Shown piece after piece: positions 44,666-54,368 of a stretch of DNA of 64,000 nt; positions within the stretch are counted from its first letter, which is position 1, and each line of letters begins with the position of its first letter. The translations under genes were made by a program, and so were the position numbers. The notes below the pieces were generated by a model, which saw only the letters and a list, made by a program, of their open reading frames with translations, searched no databases and was not told the DNA's origin. Location of the stretch: NCBI GenBank assembly GCA_050728995.1, contig JBOHKH010000012.1, positions 1,152 to 65,151 of the forward strand, written 5' to 3'. The stretch comes from Rhizomicrobium sp. (GTDB lineage Bacteria; Pseudomonadota; Alphaproteobacteria; Micropepsales; Micropepsaceae).

Positions 44666-45184
44666 ATGGCTCCTCGAGCTGTCCTGATTGCGCCAGATCC
44701 GCGCCTCAACATCGTCTCGCGGACGATTGAGACGGTGGATGCGGGCGCCCGCAAGCTCGCCGACGACATGCTGGAGACCATGTATGCCGCAGACGGCATA
44801 GGCCTGGCGGCAATTCAGCTGGGTGTCCCCACACGCATGCTGGTCATGGATACCGCGCGCAAGGATGGCCGCAAGGATCCCCGGGTTTTCATCAACCCGA
44901 AAATTGTCTGGGCGTCCGAAGAAACGGCTCTGTATGAGGAGGGGTGTCTCTCCGTGCCCGACATTTGGGAGGAGGTCGAACGTCCGGTCCGCATCAGGGC
45001 CGAATATGTGAACCTCGACGGCAGGCTTCAAAACCTGGAAGCGGAAGGGTTGCTCGCGACCTGTCTCCAACATGAGATCGATCATCTCGAAGGCATTTTG
45101 TTCCTCGATCATCTGTCGCGCCTCAAGCGCGCCATGGCTCTGCGCAAGCTTGCCAAGGCCCAGCGGCTGAAAGAGGCCGGCTGA
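44666..45184 (+). CDS. def: peptide deformylase
   Basis: Motifs GIGLAAIQLG, EGCLSVP and HEIDHLEG. ATG 44666 chosen. Confidence 0.92.
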   Translation: MAPRAVLIAPDPRLNIVSRTIETVDAGARKLADDMLETMYAADGIGLAAIQLGVPTRMLVMDTARKDGRKDPRVFINPKIVWASEETALYEEGCLSVPDIWEEVERPVRIRAEYVNLDGRLQNLEAEGLLATCLQHEIDHLEGILFLDHLSRLKRAMALRKLAKAQRLKEAG

Positions 45185-45193
45185 CGGCGCGGC

Positions 45194-46108
45194 ATGAGCC
45201 TGCGCCTCGTTTTCCTGGGAACGCCCGATTTTGCCGTGCCGACCCTCGCCGAACTGAACGGCCAAGGGCATTGCGTCGCCGCCGTCTACACGCAGCCGGC
45301 GCGTCCGCGCGGACGCGGACTCGCATCGGAACCTACGCCTGTCGCCCGTTTTGCCGCTCTGCTGGGCATTCCGGTCCTCACCCCCCCAAGTCTACGGGAC
45401 CACGAGGCGCAAGAGGCTTTCGAAGCTCTCGGCTGCGAAGCGGCCGTGGTGGTCGCTTATGGATTGCTGCTGCCCCGGCGCGTTCTGGCGGCACCGAAAT
45501 TCGGCTGCTTCAATCTGCATGCGTCCCTGCTGCCACGCTGGCGAGGTGCCGCGCCCATCCAGCGTGCGATTATGGCCGGCGACACCGAAACCGGGGCTAT
45601 GGTCATGCGTATGGAGGAGGGTTTGGATACAGGTCCTATCCTTCTGGCCGAGCGCATCCCGGTCGGCAGGAAAACGTATGGCGAGTTGCACGACGAGCTC
45701 GCCAGCCATGGCGCCGGACTCGTGGCGCGGGCGCTGTCGGCCATCGAGCGCGGAAGCACCGAAGAATGTGCGCAGTCGGCGCAAGGCGCCACCTACGCGA
45801 AGAAAATTGCCAACAACGAAACCTGCATCGACTGGCGCAAGTCGGCCAGAGAGATCGATTGCCTTGTGCGCGGACTTTCACCCCGACCGGGCGCTTGGTG
45901 CGAGGTGCGCGGCGAGCGCCTGAAAGTCCTGTATGCTGTCCCCGCAGAAGGTGCAGGAGACCCGGGTGAGGTTTTGGACGAACGGCTGACGGTTGCGTGT
46001 GGCGAAGATGCGCTTCGGCTCGTGCGCGTTCAGCGTGCCGGTCGCACTCCGGCCGAGGCGGGGGAATTTCTGCGCGGTTTTCCGGTCCACCGGGGAGATC
46101 GATTGTGA
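45194..46108 (+). CDS. fmt: methionyl-tRNA formyltransferase
   Basis: MSLRLVFLGTPDFAVPTL, NLHASLLPRWRGAAPIQRAI and a C-terminal Fmt domain. Directly downstream of def. Confidence 0.92.
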   Translation: MSLRLVFLGTPDFAVPTLAELNGQGHCVAAVYTQPARPRGRGLASEPTPVARFAALLGIPVLTPPSLRDHEAQEAFEALGCEAAVVVAYGLLLPRRVLAAPKFGCFNLHASLLPRWRGAAPIQRAIMAGDTETGAMVMRMEEGLDTGPILLAERIPVGRKTYGELHDELASHGAGLVARALSAIERGSTEECAQSAQGATYAKKIANNETCIDWRKSAREIDCLVRGLSPRPGAWCEVRGERLKVLYAVPAEGAGDPGEVLDERLTVACGEDALRLVRVQRAGRTPAEAGEFLRGFPVHRGDRL

Positions 46109-46476
46109 GCGCAGTTCCGAAGCCGTCCCTGTGGCGGCGGATAGGAAACTCGTGGCGCGCGCGGCGGCGCAAGAGCGCTGCCATCGATCTTTTGGCGGAT
46201 GGATTCGTCATCACGCGGGCCGGCCGCAGCCAGCAAATCTGCTGGGACGACGTCGCGCAGATCGATTGCGGCACGCGCGACACGATCTCCATCGATCTAT
46301 TTTTCGCGGTGTTCCGCACCGCCCGCGGGGCTTTCGCGATCGACGAATATGACGACGGCTTTCATCCGCTCGAAAATGCGGTGTTCGGCCGCTGGCCGCA
46401 AATTCGCGAGCGCTGGATCGCCCTGCAATGCGGACCGTTGCACCAGCCGCAATCCGAAACGCTCTGGCGCCGATAA
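46105..46476 (+). CDS. hypothetical protein
   Basis: GTG 46105 overlaps the fmt stop (GTGA). 123 aa with ordinary composition. No family recognised. Confidence 0.45.
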   Translation: MSAVPKPSLWRRIGNSWRARRRKSAAIDLLADGFVITRAGRSQQICWDDVAQIDCGTRDTISIDLFFAVFRTARGAFAIDEYDDGFHPLENAVFGRWPQIRERWIALQCGPLHQPQSETLWRR

Positions 46477-46486
46477 GGCGGCGCCA

Positions 46487-47272
46487 ATGCCGCGCTACAG
46501 ACTTACCCTGGAATATGACGGCGGCGGCTTCGCCGGCTGGCAGAGGCAGGAAAACGCCCCTTCGGTCCAGGCTTCCCTGGAAGAGTCCGTCTGGAGATTG
46601 TCCGCCGAGCGGGTGACGGTCACGGGTGCCGGACGCACCGACGCCGGCGTCCACGCTCTTGCACAGGTTGCCCATTTCGATCTGGGGAAGAGCTTCGAGC
46701 CCGAAAAGCTGCGAGACGCACTCAACTACCATTTGCGGCCCCATCCCGTCGCGGTCATCGAGGCACAAATCGCGACACCGGACTTTCATGCCCGCTTTTC
46801 GGCTGTCGGCCGGACGTATCTTTACCGGATACTCAATCGACGTGCCGCTCCTGCACTTCAGCGCGGGCGCGTCTGGCACGTTGCACGCAAACTCGATTCC
46901 GATCGCATGCAGGCCGCCACGCGATATCTGCTTGGGCAACATGATTTCACCACCTTCCGGGCTGCGGAATGCCAAGCGCGGTCGCCGGTCAAGACGCTCG
47001 ACGTTCTGAGTGTCCACAGCGAAAATGGCGAGTTGCACATCGTGGCTCGGGCGCGCTCCTTCTTGCATCGCCAGATTCGCTCGATCGCAGGGACGCTGAA
47101 GCTGGTGGGCGAAGGCAAGTGGCGACCGGAGGACGTCGGGGAAGCGCTGGCGGCGCGCGACAGATCCCGCTGCGGAGCGGTGGCGCCGCCGGAAGGACTT
47201 TATCTGGTCAGCGTCGACTACGAAGCAGCGGACGGAGGCGCAGCAAAATACGCGTCGAGAATGGATTCATAG
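46487..47272 (+). CDS. truA: tRNA pseudouridine(38-40) synthase
   Basis: [21 protein letters not shown] and [11 protein letters not shown] (catalytic Asp). Confidence 0.9.
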   Translation: MPRYRLTLEYDGGGFAGWQRQENAPSVQASLEESVWRLSAERVTVTGAGRTDAGVHALAQVAHFDLGKSFEPEKLRDALNYHLRPHPVAVIEAQIATPDFHARFSAVGRTYLYRILNRRAAPALQRGRVWHVARKLDSDRMQAATRYLLGQHDFTTFRAAECQARSPVKTLDVLSVHSENGELHIVARARSFLHRQIRSIAGTLKLVGEGKWRPEDVGEALAARDRSRCGAVAPPEGLYLVSVDYEAADGGAAKYASRMDS

Positions 47273-48411
47273 ATGGCCGCGAGCGATTCGATTTCGGAGA
47301 TCGCCACGCACTCGTCGGTTTTGTGCATCGTCGCGCCGGCGAGCCCGATCTCGGCCACAGGGCAGTAGCGCGTCACGAAGCGCGCGTCGGAAGTTCCACC
47401 CGTTGTCGAGAGCTTCGGTTTGTTGCCCGTCACGGATTCGATCGCGCCGGCGAGAAAATCCGTGAATGGTCCGGGCCTGGTAAGGAACGGCAATGCGCCG
47501 ACGTCGGTGGTGACTTCGATTTTGCTGCCGCATTCGCGGATGATGTCATCCGCCACGTGCCCGATACGCTGCAAGAGCCCGTCGGGCGAATGCAGGTCGT
47601 TGAAGCGGATGTTCGCCGAAGCCCGTGCAAGGGCGGGGGACACATTGGACGCGGGATTTCCTACGTCGAACGTCGTGAACGCGAGTGTGGACGGCTCGAA
47701 ATGCGGCGTACCTTTGTCGAGTGGTTCTCGTGTCATCCGCGAAACAAGCTCGGCAAGAATGGGAATGGGATTGATCGCCTTGTGGGGATAGGCCGTGTGT
47801 CCCTGCACGCCGCGCACTGTAAGATTGACGCGCATGCTGCCGCGGCGGCCGATCTTGATGGTGTCTCCGGCCCGCGTCGCAGCCGTCGGTTCGCCTACGA
47901 TGCAATGGTCGATGCCTTCCCCTTTGGCAGCCAGCCACTCCAGCACCTTTGCGGTGCCGTTCACGGCCGGGCCTTCCTCGTCGCCCGTAATGAGCAAGCT
48001 GATCGAACCGCGCAGCTGCTTTCTCAGGTGACCCGCGACGGCGGCGACAAAGGCGGCAATGGCCGATTTCATGTCGGCGGCCCCGCGCCCGAACAGAAAT
48101 CCGTCGCTGATTTCGGCCGCAAAAGGATCCCTTCGCCACAAAGAGCTGTCGCCGGGCGGAACGACGTCCGTATGGCCTGCAAAACAGATGTTCGGAGGCA
48201 CGGTGCCAATGCGCGCATAGAGGTTTTCGACAGGTGGCGTACCGGGAGTTTCGAAGCGAAGACGGCTGCAGGCAAAACCGAGAGGCGTCAGCGCCCGCTC
48301 GAGAACGCTCAGGGCGCCAGCATCGTGGGGCGTGACGGACGGACAGCGGATGAGCGCCTGTGCCAGAGTGAGCGGATCGGCCATGTCGCCATTTAGGGAC
48401 ACGACGTCCAT
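47218..48411 (-). CDS. dapE: succinyl-diaminopimelate desuccinylase
   Basis: M20 peptidase motifs ([18 protein letters not shown], ..TGGTSDARF). The start could instead be ATG 48384. The 3' end overlaps the truA 3' end by 55 nt (convergent). Confidence 0.9.
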   Translation of the reverse strand: MDVVSLNGDMADPLTLAQALIRCPSVTPHDAGALSVLERALTPLGFACSRLRFETPGTPPVENLYARIGTVPPNICFAGHTDVVPPGDSSLWRRDPFAAEISDGFLFGRGAADMKSAIAAFVAAVAGHLRKQLRGSISLLITGDEEGPAVNGTAKVLEWLAAKGEGIDHCIVGEPTAATRAGDTIKIGRRGSMRVNLTVRGVQGHTAYPHKAINPIPILAELVSRMTREPLDKGTPHFEPSTLAFTTFDVGNPASNVSPALARASANIRFNDLHSPDGLLQRIGHVADDIIRECGSKIEVTTDVGALPFLTRPGPFTDFLAGAIESVTGNKPKLSTTGGTSDARFVTRYCPVAEIGLAGATMHKTDECVAISEIESLAAIYESILDAYFAAPPSAAS

Positions 48412-48439
48412 CCAGAATCAATGCTCGGCACACGGTACC

Positions 48440-48475
48440 AAAAAAGAGCCGCCGCCCGTTTCGGGGGCGGCGGCT
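48440..48475 (-). terminator. rho-independent terminator
   Basis: 11-bp GC stem (agccgccgccc/gggcggcggct) with a U6 tract on the minus strand, 19 nt after the stop at 48494. Confidence 0.75.
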
Positions 48476-48493
48476 GCTTGGCAATATTCGACC

Positions 48494-49180
48494 TTAAAGC
48501 GGCGCGCTCTCGACGGTGGCGCCTGGCATTGTCCATAGCTGCCCGCGGTCCAGATCCGTGTAGAGGATGCCCTCGGACGGGTCGAAGCGCAGGTCGCCGG
48601 GCCGCACCCAGACCGATACGCGTCGGTTTAGCGCGATTTCGACTCGCTGCGGTCGCCCATCGGGGGCGGTTTCGACATTGCGGACGCGGCCGACCCACCG
48701 ACCGCCCGGCGCTTCGACCGGCACCTGCCACAACTGCTGACTGGGCTCGGCCATCAGGTAGAGCGGCTGCAATCCATATTCTTCGCCGTAGCGATATACG
48801 AAAGGAGCAGGATAGCGCCAGGCGTACTGCGCGAGATCGTAATCTCTCACGTCCTGCGCGTAGCGTTCCCGCTGGTAGCGATATTGCGCCTGCTGACCGC
48901 GGTATTGCTGCATTTGGTTCTGATATCGCTGGTCCTGTTCGTGATACTGAGACTGTTGCGGCGGAGGTCCCGTCTCCTCGCTTGCCGGCCCGCTTTCATC
49001 GCCCTGGTTCGTGCCGTTCAGGGATTGCTGGTTCAGCTGCTGCGTTTGCTGCATTTCAGCAGGCGTGGATTGGGGCGGGCCGTTGCCATAGCGCGAGTAG
49101 CCGTAATCTTGCGCGAAGCACGCGGTAGAAAGCGCGACCACTGCAGCGCCCGATAGGATCGCCGCTGTACGGATGCTCAT
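48494..49180 (-). CDS. secreted Gln-rich protein with C-terminal PRC-barrel-like domain
   Basis: Signal peptide MSIRTAAILSGAAVVALSTACFA and a Q/Y/R low-complexity middle. The C-terminus (VEAPGGRWVGRVRNVETAPDGRPQRVEIALNRRVSVWVRPGDLRFD) resembles a PRC barrel. RBS AAGGAGACGCAG. Confidence 0.7.
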   Translation of the reverse strand: MSIRTAAILSGAAVVALSTACFAQDYGYSRYGNGPPQSTPAEMQQTQQLNQQSLNGTNQGDESGPASEETGPPPQQSQYHEQDQRYQNQMQQYRGQQAQYRYQRERYAQDVRDYDLAQYAWRYPAPFVYRYGEEYGLQPLYLMAEPSQQLWQVPVEAPGGRWVGRVRNVETAPDGRPQRVEIALNRRVSVWVRPGDLRFDPSEGILYTDLDRGQLWTMPGATVESAPL

Positions 49181-49226
49181 CTGCGTCTCCTTTTCTCCCT
49201 ATCTTCCAGCACCCTGCGGCAATCGA

Positions 49227-49252
49227 AACGGGGCGCCGCAGCCGAGAGTTCC
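49227..49252 (-). promoter_or_regulatory. EcfG-type (general stress ECF sigma) promoter motif GGAAC-N17-CGTT
   Basis: Minus strand reads GGAAC tctcggctgcggcgccc CGTT. The -10 element lies 47 nt upstream of ATG 49180, in the 74-nt intergenic gap. Confidence 0.55.
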
Positions 49253-49254
49253 GC

Positions 49255-49701
49255 TTATTGCGGCGTGCTTGTCCCCGGGCTCAACGGGTACGCCGTCTCC
49301 GGGGGTGTGGTGATACCGTTCGTCGTGGTCGTGCCCGGTGCACAACCCGCGGCCGATCCGACGGCCGGCGCGCAACTCGTTGTACCGAGAGGCGCCGGCG
49401 TCGCGCCCGGGGTCGCATTCGTGGGCGTAGTGGACAGGGCTCCTGGCGTTGGGGTCGTTGTCACGCCCGTTGTGCCGGTCGGAGAATTTAGGGTTGGCGC
49501 GGTCGTCTGGTACGGCACCGACCCGCCAGGGAGTGTTGTGTTGCCCGGCGTGATACCGGGCGTTCCAGCCGTCGTCGGCACGCCCGGCGCGCTGCCTACG
49601 CCGGAACTTCCTGGTGCTGCAGCCTGGGCTATAGCGGGCCCCGCGGTCATCAGGGCCGCCGCCAAGGCGCCGGCAACGCCTATTTTGCAAATCATCTTCA
49701 T
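49255..49701 (-). CDS. secreted Thr/Pro/Gly-rich low-complexity protein
   Basis: Signal peptide MKMICKIGVAGALAAALMTAGPAIAQA. RBS GGGAGAG. Confidence 0.6.
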   Translation of the reverse strand: MKMICKIGVAGALAAALMTAGPAIAQAAAPGSSGVGSAPGVPTTAGTPGITPGNTTLPGGSVPYQTTAPTLNSPTGTTGVTTTPTPGALSTTPTNATPGATPAPLGTTSCAPAVGSAAGCAPGTTTTNGITTPPETAYPLSPGTSTPQ

Positions 49702-49798
49702 CGGTTCTCTCCCGAATTCGGGTTTGCGTCACTGCCGCCAGTCGCCCACACCATTTGGAAACGAACTTCACCGGCACGGGTTTCTGCCGAGACTCCCT

Positions 49799-49832
49799 CA
49801 AAAAGCAGGACGCGCGCCGGTGGCGCGCGTCC
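49799..49832 (-). terminator. rho-independent terminator
   Basis: 11-bp stem ggacgcgcgcc/ggcgcgcgtcc followed on the minus strand by TGCTTTTT, 25 nt after the stop at 49857. Confidence 0.7.
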
Positions 49833-49856
49833 CGATGACAGATCTTCGTCGGCTAA

Positions 49857-50555
49857 TTAGCTGCTTGGACCGGGCTGACTGCCGGATTGCGGCGTGCTCG
49901 TCGACGGTCCGTTCTGGTCGGCCGGTGTCGTCGGATTGCCAGACGTCCCGACAGGGCCGTTGGCGCCGGGCGCGCTCATATAGGATGGTCCCGGTTCGCC
50001 GCCTCCGTTCTGCGGCTGCTGATAATAGGGACCCGCATTGCCGGGCTGCGAACCTGATGACCGTGGCGTTCCCGTCGCGGGCTGCGTGTTCGGAGTGCCG
50101 CCCGGCTGACTGTAAGCGGCATTACCTGGTTCGGTTCCGGGCGCAGCACCCTGCGGCCGCCGATATGTGCCCGATTTCATTTCGCCCTGCCGCGACGTGC
50201 CTTGGGGCCGGGTGTAGCTCGCGGGAGTTCCGGCCGGCTGAGAGGCAGCGGCCTGCGCGGCCTGGAGTTGCTGATGGTTGAGATCGAATGTCTGCCGCTT
50301 TTCCGCGGGCGTCGAAGGGGCGTGGAGCGAAGCGGTCCGCGCCCGGTGGCGAGCACGATGATGCCTTGCATGGTGCGCCGCATGTTTGGTCGTGGTCGAG
50401 GTTGATTCGGTACCCGACATATTGGACGTTTGCGCAGGAGTAGATTGCGTAGCTGCCGGAGCAGTGTTCGTGCTGGGCGTCGTTTGCTGTGCGCCTGCCG
50501 CGCCGGACAGCGCCAGAACCATCGCGCCGCCCAACAACATCAATTTGCATCGCAT
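49857..50555 (-). CDS. secreted low-complexity protein (T/S/Q/G/P-rich, HHARHHRARHRAR block)
   Basis: Signal peptide MRCKLMLLGGAMVLALSGAAGAQ. RBS AAGGAGACGCATCA. Confidence 0.6.
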   Translation of the reverse strand: MRCKLMLLGGAMVLALSGAAGAQQTTPSTNTAPAATQSTPAQTSNMSGTESTSTTTKHAAHHARHHRARHRARTASLHAPSTPAEKRQTFDLNHQQLQAAQAAASQPAGTPASYTRPQGTSRQGEMKSGTYRRPQGAAPGTEPGNAAYSQPGGTPNTQPATGTPRSSGSQPGNAGPYYQQPQNGGGEPGPSYMSAPGANGPVGTSGNPTTPADQNGPSTSTPQSGSQPGPSS

Positions 50556-50613
50556 TGATGCGTCTCCTTCTGTTGATCTGCCGCGAGGCGCGATGCCTCG
50601 GCATCAAATGATG

Positions 50614-50638
50614 AACGCCGCCCGTTGGGCGGCGTTCC
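50614..50638 (-). promoter_or_regulatory. EcfG-type promoter motif GGAAC-N16-CGTT (embedded in a 10-bp hairpin)
   Basis: Minus strand reads GGAAC gccgcccaacgggcgg CGTT, 59 nt upstream of ATG 50555. The same bases form the hairpin aacgccgccc-gtt-gggcggcgtt, so it could instead be a terminator-like stem for the upstream gene. Confidence 0.4.
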
Positions 50639-50662
50639 ATTTCGCAGCGAAGGCCGCCATGA

Positions 50663-51049
50663 TTAATTGTGCACGATGATCTTCTGGTGGTTCGTGTCGG
50701 GCCGCGCTCCCCTGCCCTTTGCACCGGTTGCGAAGGGGTTGGCATTGGTCAGCCTGCTTCTCGGGGTCAGTCCCGAATCGGGGCCGCCATCATCCTCGTC
50801 TGCATGGGACGAACATCGATCCGGGCACCCCAAGTCGTCTGGACACGGTAGCCGCTCCGGGTTTGCGGATACCGCCTGCATCCCGGGGGACCCGTATTCC
50901 GCGGGATTAACGGCTGGCTGCGCCGTTGGTCTGGCATAGGCTCTGCTTTGCGGCTGCGAAGTCTGGTACTGGGGAGTTCCATACGAGCCGCGCTGTGCGC
51001 TTGCCGACGCCGAAACAACCATCAGGGCGGTGGCCCCCGGCCAAATCAT
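50663..51049 (-). CDS. small secreted low-complexity protein
   Basis: 128 aa with short signal-like N-terminus MIWPGATALMVVSASASAQ. RBS GGGAGAGG. Confidence 0.5.
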   Translation of the reverse strand: MIWPGATALMVVSASASAQRGSYGTPQYQTSQPQSRAYARPTAQPAVNPAEYGSPGMQAVSANPERLPCPDDLGCPDRCSSHADEDDGGPDSGLTPRSRLTNANPFATGAKGRGARPDTNHQKIIVHN

Positions 51050-51262
51050 TTTGCTCGTGTTCCTCTCCCTTTGTTAGCTCTGTCTTTTGCTCCTTTCTTA
51101 GGGGATCGCCCGCCCGGGCATAGTCGCGCGAACATGGATTGCTAACACGGCGCTCTTCGCCCCGTTCCTGTCGGCGCATGCCAATTCCAGAGGCGGATTT
51201 CAATTGCGCGCGATGCGTTCAGGAAAATACCATACGATTGTCGTACGCGATCCGACGCACTG

Positions 51263-51709
51263 TCAGCCGGCGGCGATGTACTCTCGCAAAGAAGTCGCTT
51301 CGCGCACTGTTTCCGCGATCCGTGATTTCACCACATCGCCGATCGAGACAATCCCGCACAGCCGGTCATTCTCCACCACGGGCATGTGGCGGAACCGGCA
51401 ATGCGTCATGATCTCCATCAGATCGTCGATGGAATCCGATTCGGAACAGGTCGACACGGTACGCGTCATATGGCGGCCGATATCCTGCCCGAGTGCCCGA
51501 ACGCTGTGGTCTGCGACAGCGCGCACGATATCGCGTTCCGAAAGGATGCCGACGATGCCGCCCTGGCCGTCAGCTACAACAAGCGCTCCGATGCGGCGGC
51601 GTGCCAACAATCGTGCCGCTTCCGACAACGTCGAGTCGCTCGCTATTGTAACGACCTCTCGGCCTTTTTCGCGCAGGATATGTCTGACTTGCATGGCGGA
51701 TGCCTCCAT
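51263..51709 (-). CDS. CBS domain pair protein
   Basis: Two CBS-like repeats (VVTIASDSTLSEAARLLARRRIGALVV.. and VSTCSESDSIDDLMEIMTHCRFRHMPVV). Confidence 0.8.
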   Translation of the reverse strand: MEASAMQVRHILREKGREVVTIASDSTLSEAARLLARRRIGALVVADGQGGIVGILSERDIVRAVADHSVRALGQDIGRHMTRTVSTCSESDSIDDLMEIMTHCRFRHMPVVENDRLCGIVSIGDVVKSRIAETVREATSLREYIAAG

Positions 51710-51897
51710 TCAGCCCGGACCGATTGCCCTGCCGCCTGTGTTCCGCCAGCCCTCGTCGCAAGCTGCATTTCTGAGCTCGGCTCGGGAGGCGATGCTGCGC
51801 CCGCGGCGGTGGCACTGCAAGGGAAATTGGATATTCGCCCTCACACATTGCAACATTATTGCGCGGCGGGAACTGGCGGTTACCCCAAGCGATTGGC

Positions 51898-51923
51898 GGA
51901 ACATTCCTGCCCTGTTGTGGGTT
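51898..51923 (+). promoter_or_regulatory. near-consensus EcfG-type motif GGAAC-N17-GGTT
   Basis: 33 nt upstream of ATG 51956, with one mismatch in the -10 element. A second near-match, GGAAC-N16-CGAT, lies at 51869-51893. Confidence 0.35.
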
Positions 51924-51955
51924 GACCGGGAATGGCGGACACAGTGGAGATTCCC

Positions 51956-52516
51956 ATGTCCTTGAAGATTTGTCTGCTCGGTGCGGCTTTATTCGCAGCC
52001 GTGGCGATTTCACCGGCGCTTGGCCAGGCAGCGCCTCCCACGCCGAACGTCCCCGCTACCCGCGCGACGATTTCGAGTTCGGATTTCGTCACCAGGGCGG
52101 CCGTCACGGACAGATATGAAATTGCGGCGGCACGGATTGCCGAAAAGCGGTCGCACGACAGCGCGATCGATCGTTTTGCCGCCCGGATGATCGCCGAACA
52201 CGGTCGCAACTCGACCGAACTGAGATCGCTCGCGAAAAGAATTGGCGGTTTAAGGTTGCCTGCACGACTCGACGAACAGCACAAAGGCCTGATCGAGCAG
52301 CTCAAGGCGGTCGACCGCAAACAATTCGACACGACCTACGCGCAGCAGCAAATTCAGGGTCACCGCGATGCCATCGCGCTGTTCACAGGCTACAGCCGCC
52401 ACGGAGACAATCCGAAACTCAGGCAATTCGCGAACGCCACGCTTCCCGTTCTCGAGCATCACCTCCACATGGCGCAGGCACTTCCGGTCGGCCCGCGGGT
52501 TGCAGGGGGCCGCTGA
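51956..52516 (+). CDS. DUF4142 domain protein (secreted)
   Basis: Signal peptide MSLKICLLGAALFAAVAISPALGQA. DFVTRAAVTDRYEIAAARIA...FAARMIAEHGRNSTEL...FDTTYAQQQIQGHRDAIALF fits the DUF4142 pattern. Confidence 0.8.
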   Translation: MSLKICLLGAALFAAVAISPALGQAAPPTPNVPATRATISSSDFVTRAAVTDRYEIAAARIAEKRSHDSAIDRFAARMIAEHGRNSTELRSLAKRIGGLRLPARLDEQHKGLIEQLKAVDRKQFDTTYAQQQIQGHRDAIALFTGYSRHGDNPKLRQFANATLPVLEHHLHMAQALPVGPRVAGGR

Positions 52517-52628
52517 AGGCGAGATCGAAAACGTCCGGAGGAAACAGATGACCCAGGGCCGACGGCCTCGCGAGGCGCAACAAACCGCACCGACGTTGCG
52601 CCACTGAGAGACGCAGCAGCCCGCGCCC

Positions 52629-53759
52629 TCAGCGCGCGGGCGGGGTCGCAAAAAGTGCTGTCATATCGAGAACACGATGTGCGGTGTCGGCCGCATGGCC
52701 GAGATGCTCGGAGATTCCGAATGCATCCTCCGTGGTACGCAGCAGCGAATAATGGTTGTAGGGATTGAGATCGGTCAGTGCGCGAGGACCATGATTGGCG
52801 ATTACGATGGTCGGAATCCAGCCGCCACCCGGGTTGTCTGGATCCGTGGGCGATGATCCGCAACATCCAGCCGCGTGCCCGCCCGGGTGTGCCGGATCGC
52901 CTTCGTCGAACGTAATGACGATGGCGCTGTTATCGGGCCGCGACCAGAAGCGCGAGCGCTGGATTTCCGCAACGAGCCGGCCGGCCACCACGTCGCCGCG
53001 CGAAATCAGCTTGTCGCCGGCATCGTAGATGCAGTCGGCGGGAACGTTCGGACCCGCCGGTAGACCACGCATGTCGTCGCATTGATCGGGCACGATCTGC
53101 GCGTAGTTCGGGACGTTCCCGGAGGCGAGATCGCGGTCGAGGACGTCGAATCCGACGATTTTCTGGTTCAGTGCGGGATCCTTCTGCACGTCACGAAAAT
53201 TCATGAATCCGTTGTGCTTGGAGGCATAGAGCGCGGCGGGCTTTCCGCCCGAGGGCTGCTCGGGCCAGCGCGCGACGCGCGAGCCGCCGGATGGAATGTC
53301 TTCGAAATAGCCCTTCCAGGAGAGACCGTGTTGCGCGAGTTGGGTGGCCAGGCTCGGCGCAGCGACGGTGTGGGATACATATCCCGGGTCGGCCGAATGC
53401 GGACAGGCAACATCCTTCGAGTCGGGCTTGCACCAGAACGCGTCGTTGTCGCGGATCCCGAAGGTGTTGCCGCCCAGGATGGCGACATAATTCGGTTCGC
53501 CCGGATGGGTTTCGGCATAGAAACGCCATGCATAGCCATAGGATTGCGCAAAGCGGGTCAGGTTTGGCGCGGCCTTGCTGGGCACGATTTCGTCCGTTGT
53601 GTGGTTCTCCTCGATAATGACGAAGATGTGCGCGTAGTGCGGTACCACAGGCGGAGGCATGGTCGCCGCTGCGGCGGCTCCCTGCGCAAGAAGCAGCGTG
53701 GCCGCGGCGCCCGATAGCGTCCGCAAACTCCGGCCCAAGGTCAATTCAGTCGTGCTCAT
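52629..53759 (-). CDS. phosphoesterase-family protein (acid phosphatase/phospholipase C-like), secreted
   Basis: HIFVIIEENHTTDEI N-terminal motif after a signal sequence. ATG 53759 chosen; the track start 53981 has an implausible leader. Confidence 0.75.
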   Translation of the reverse strand: MSTTELTLGRSLRTLSGAAATLLLAQGAAAAATMPPPVVPHYAHIFVIIEENHTTDEIVPSKAAPNLTRFAQSYGYAWRFYAETHPGEPNYVAILGGNTFGIRDNDAFWCKPDSKDVACPHSADPGYVSHTVAAPSLATQLAQHGLSWKGYFEDIPSGGSRVARWPEQPSGGKPAALYASKHNGFMNFRDVQKDPALNQKIVGFDVLDRDLASGNVPNYAQIVPDQCDDMRGLPAGPNVPADCIYDAGDKLISRGDVVAGRLVAEIQRSRFWSRPDNSAIVITFDEGDPAHPGGHAAGCCGSSPTDPDNPGGGWIPTIVIANHGPRALTDLNPYNHYSLLRTTEDAFGISEHLGHAADTAHRVLDMTALFATPPAR

Positions 53760-54040
53760 TTCGCCCATCCTGCCCTTTTCCATTGGCGCACAGTATGCCG
53801 GCGCGCCGTGGAAGCGAACCCTCCATGAATCGGGGTGGCGAGAATTTGAATCGGCGCAACGCTTTTTTCCACCGCGTTCGCTGAGTTCGCGTCGGAAGTG
53901 TGATTCTCCTGCCGGCACTCCCGTCGTGGTTGCTGCACCAGCCGCCAGTTCGCGAGCGAGAGCTACGGCTATCCCTCGCAAATGCGAAACGCGCCGCTGG
54001 GCGCGGCGCGTTCCGCAGAATTGTTTGCTCGTTTCAGCTT

Positions 54041-54259
54041 CTAATGGCGCGACGTGCCGCGATGAACGGCGTCCGAAGCCCTGTCGATACCTTCCCGTGC
54101 GGCGTCGGCAGCCTTCCCGGCTGCATCCTTGATGTGGCCCTTTGCCTTGTCGGCCGCGCCTTCGGCCCGAAGTTTTTCGCTGCCAGTCATTTTCCCGGCG
54201 GTCTCCTTGAGGCTGCCCTTGGCCTTGTCGGCCGTTCCTTCAATACGGTTCTTGTCCAT
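54041..54259 (-). CDS. CsbD-family stress protein
   Basis: 72 aa: MDKNRIEGTADKAKGSLKETAGKMTGSEKLRAEGAADKAKGHIKDAAGKA. Confidence 0.85.
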   Translation of the reverse strand: MDKNRIEGTADKAKGSLKETAGKMTGSEKLRAEGAADKAKGHIKDAAGKAADAAREGIDRASDAVHRGTSRH

Positions 54260-54292
54260 CGATGTCTCTGCTTGGTGGGTTACAGGAGGAAA

Positions 54293-54318
54293 AACGAAGG
54301 GTTCGCGAACAAAGTTCC
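54293..54318 (-). promoter_or_regulatory. EcfG-type promoter motif GGAAC-N17-CGTT
   Basis: Minus strand reads GGAAC tttgttcgcgaaccctt CGTT, 34 nt upstream of the csbD-like ATG 54259. Confidence 0.6.
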
Positions 54319-54342
54319 TGTCCCTTTCGCCATACACAATCC

Positions 54343-54368
54343 AAAAAAAACACCGAGCGGCGCCCGGT
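54343..54368 (-). terminator. rho-independent terminator
   Basis: Minus strand accgggcgccgctcggt hairpin followed by GTTTTTTTT. It lies downstream of the hemerythrin-like gene and just upstream of the csbD promoter motif. Confidence 0.6.

Noticed and set aside
47218-47272. 55-nt convergent overlap of truA and dapE 3' ends
   Set aside because: Both reading frames are well supported. Tail overlaps of convergent genes are common in compact GC-rich genomes, and no additional signal was seen.
51710-51800. Looked for an EcfG-type motif upstream of the CBS-domain gene
   Set aside because: Only a GTTCC pentamer is present (minus-strand GGAAC), without a CGTT-like -10 at 16-17 nt. Not reported as a promoter.
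53988-54016. GGAAC-N18-CGTT on the minus strand downstream of csbD
   Set aside because: The spacer is one nt too long. The match is produced by a 10-bp palindromic hairpin (aacgcgccgc/gcggcgcgtt) that more likely ends the csbD transcript. It also lies 230 nt from the next start codon.
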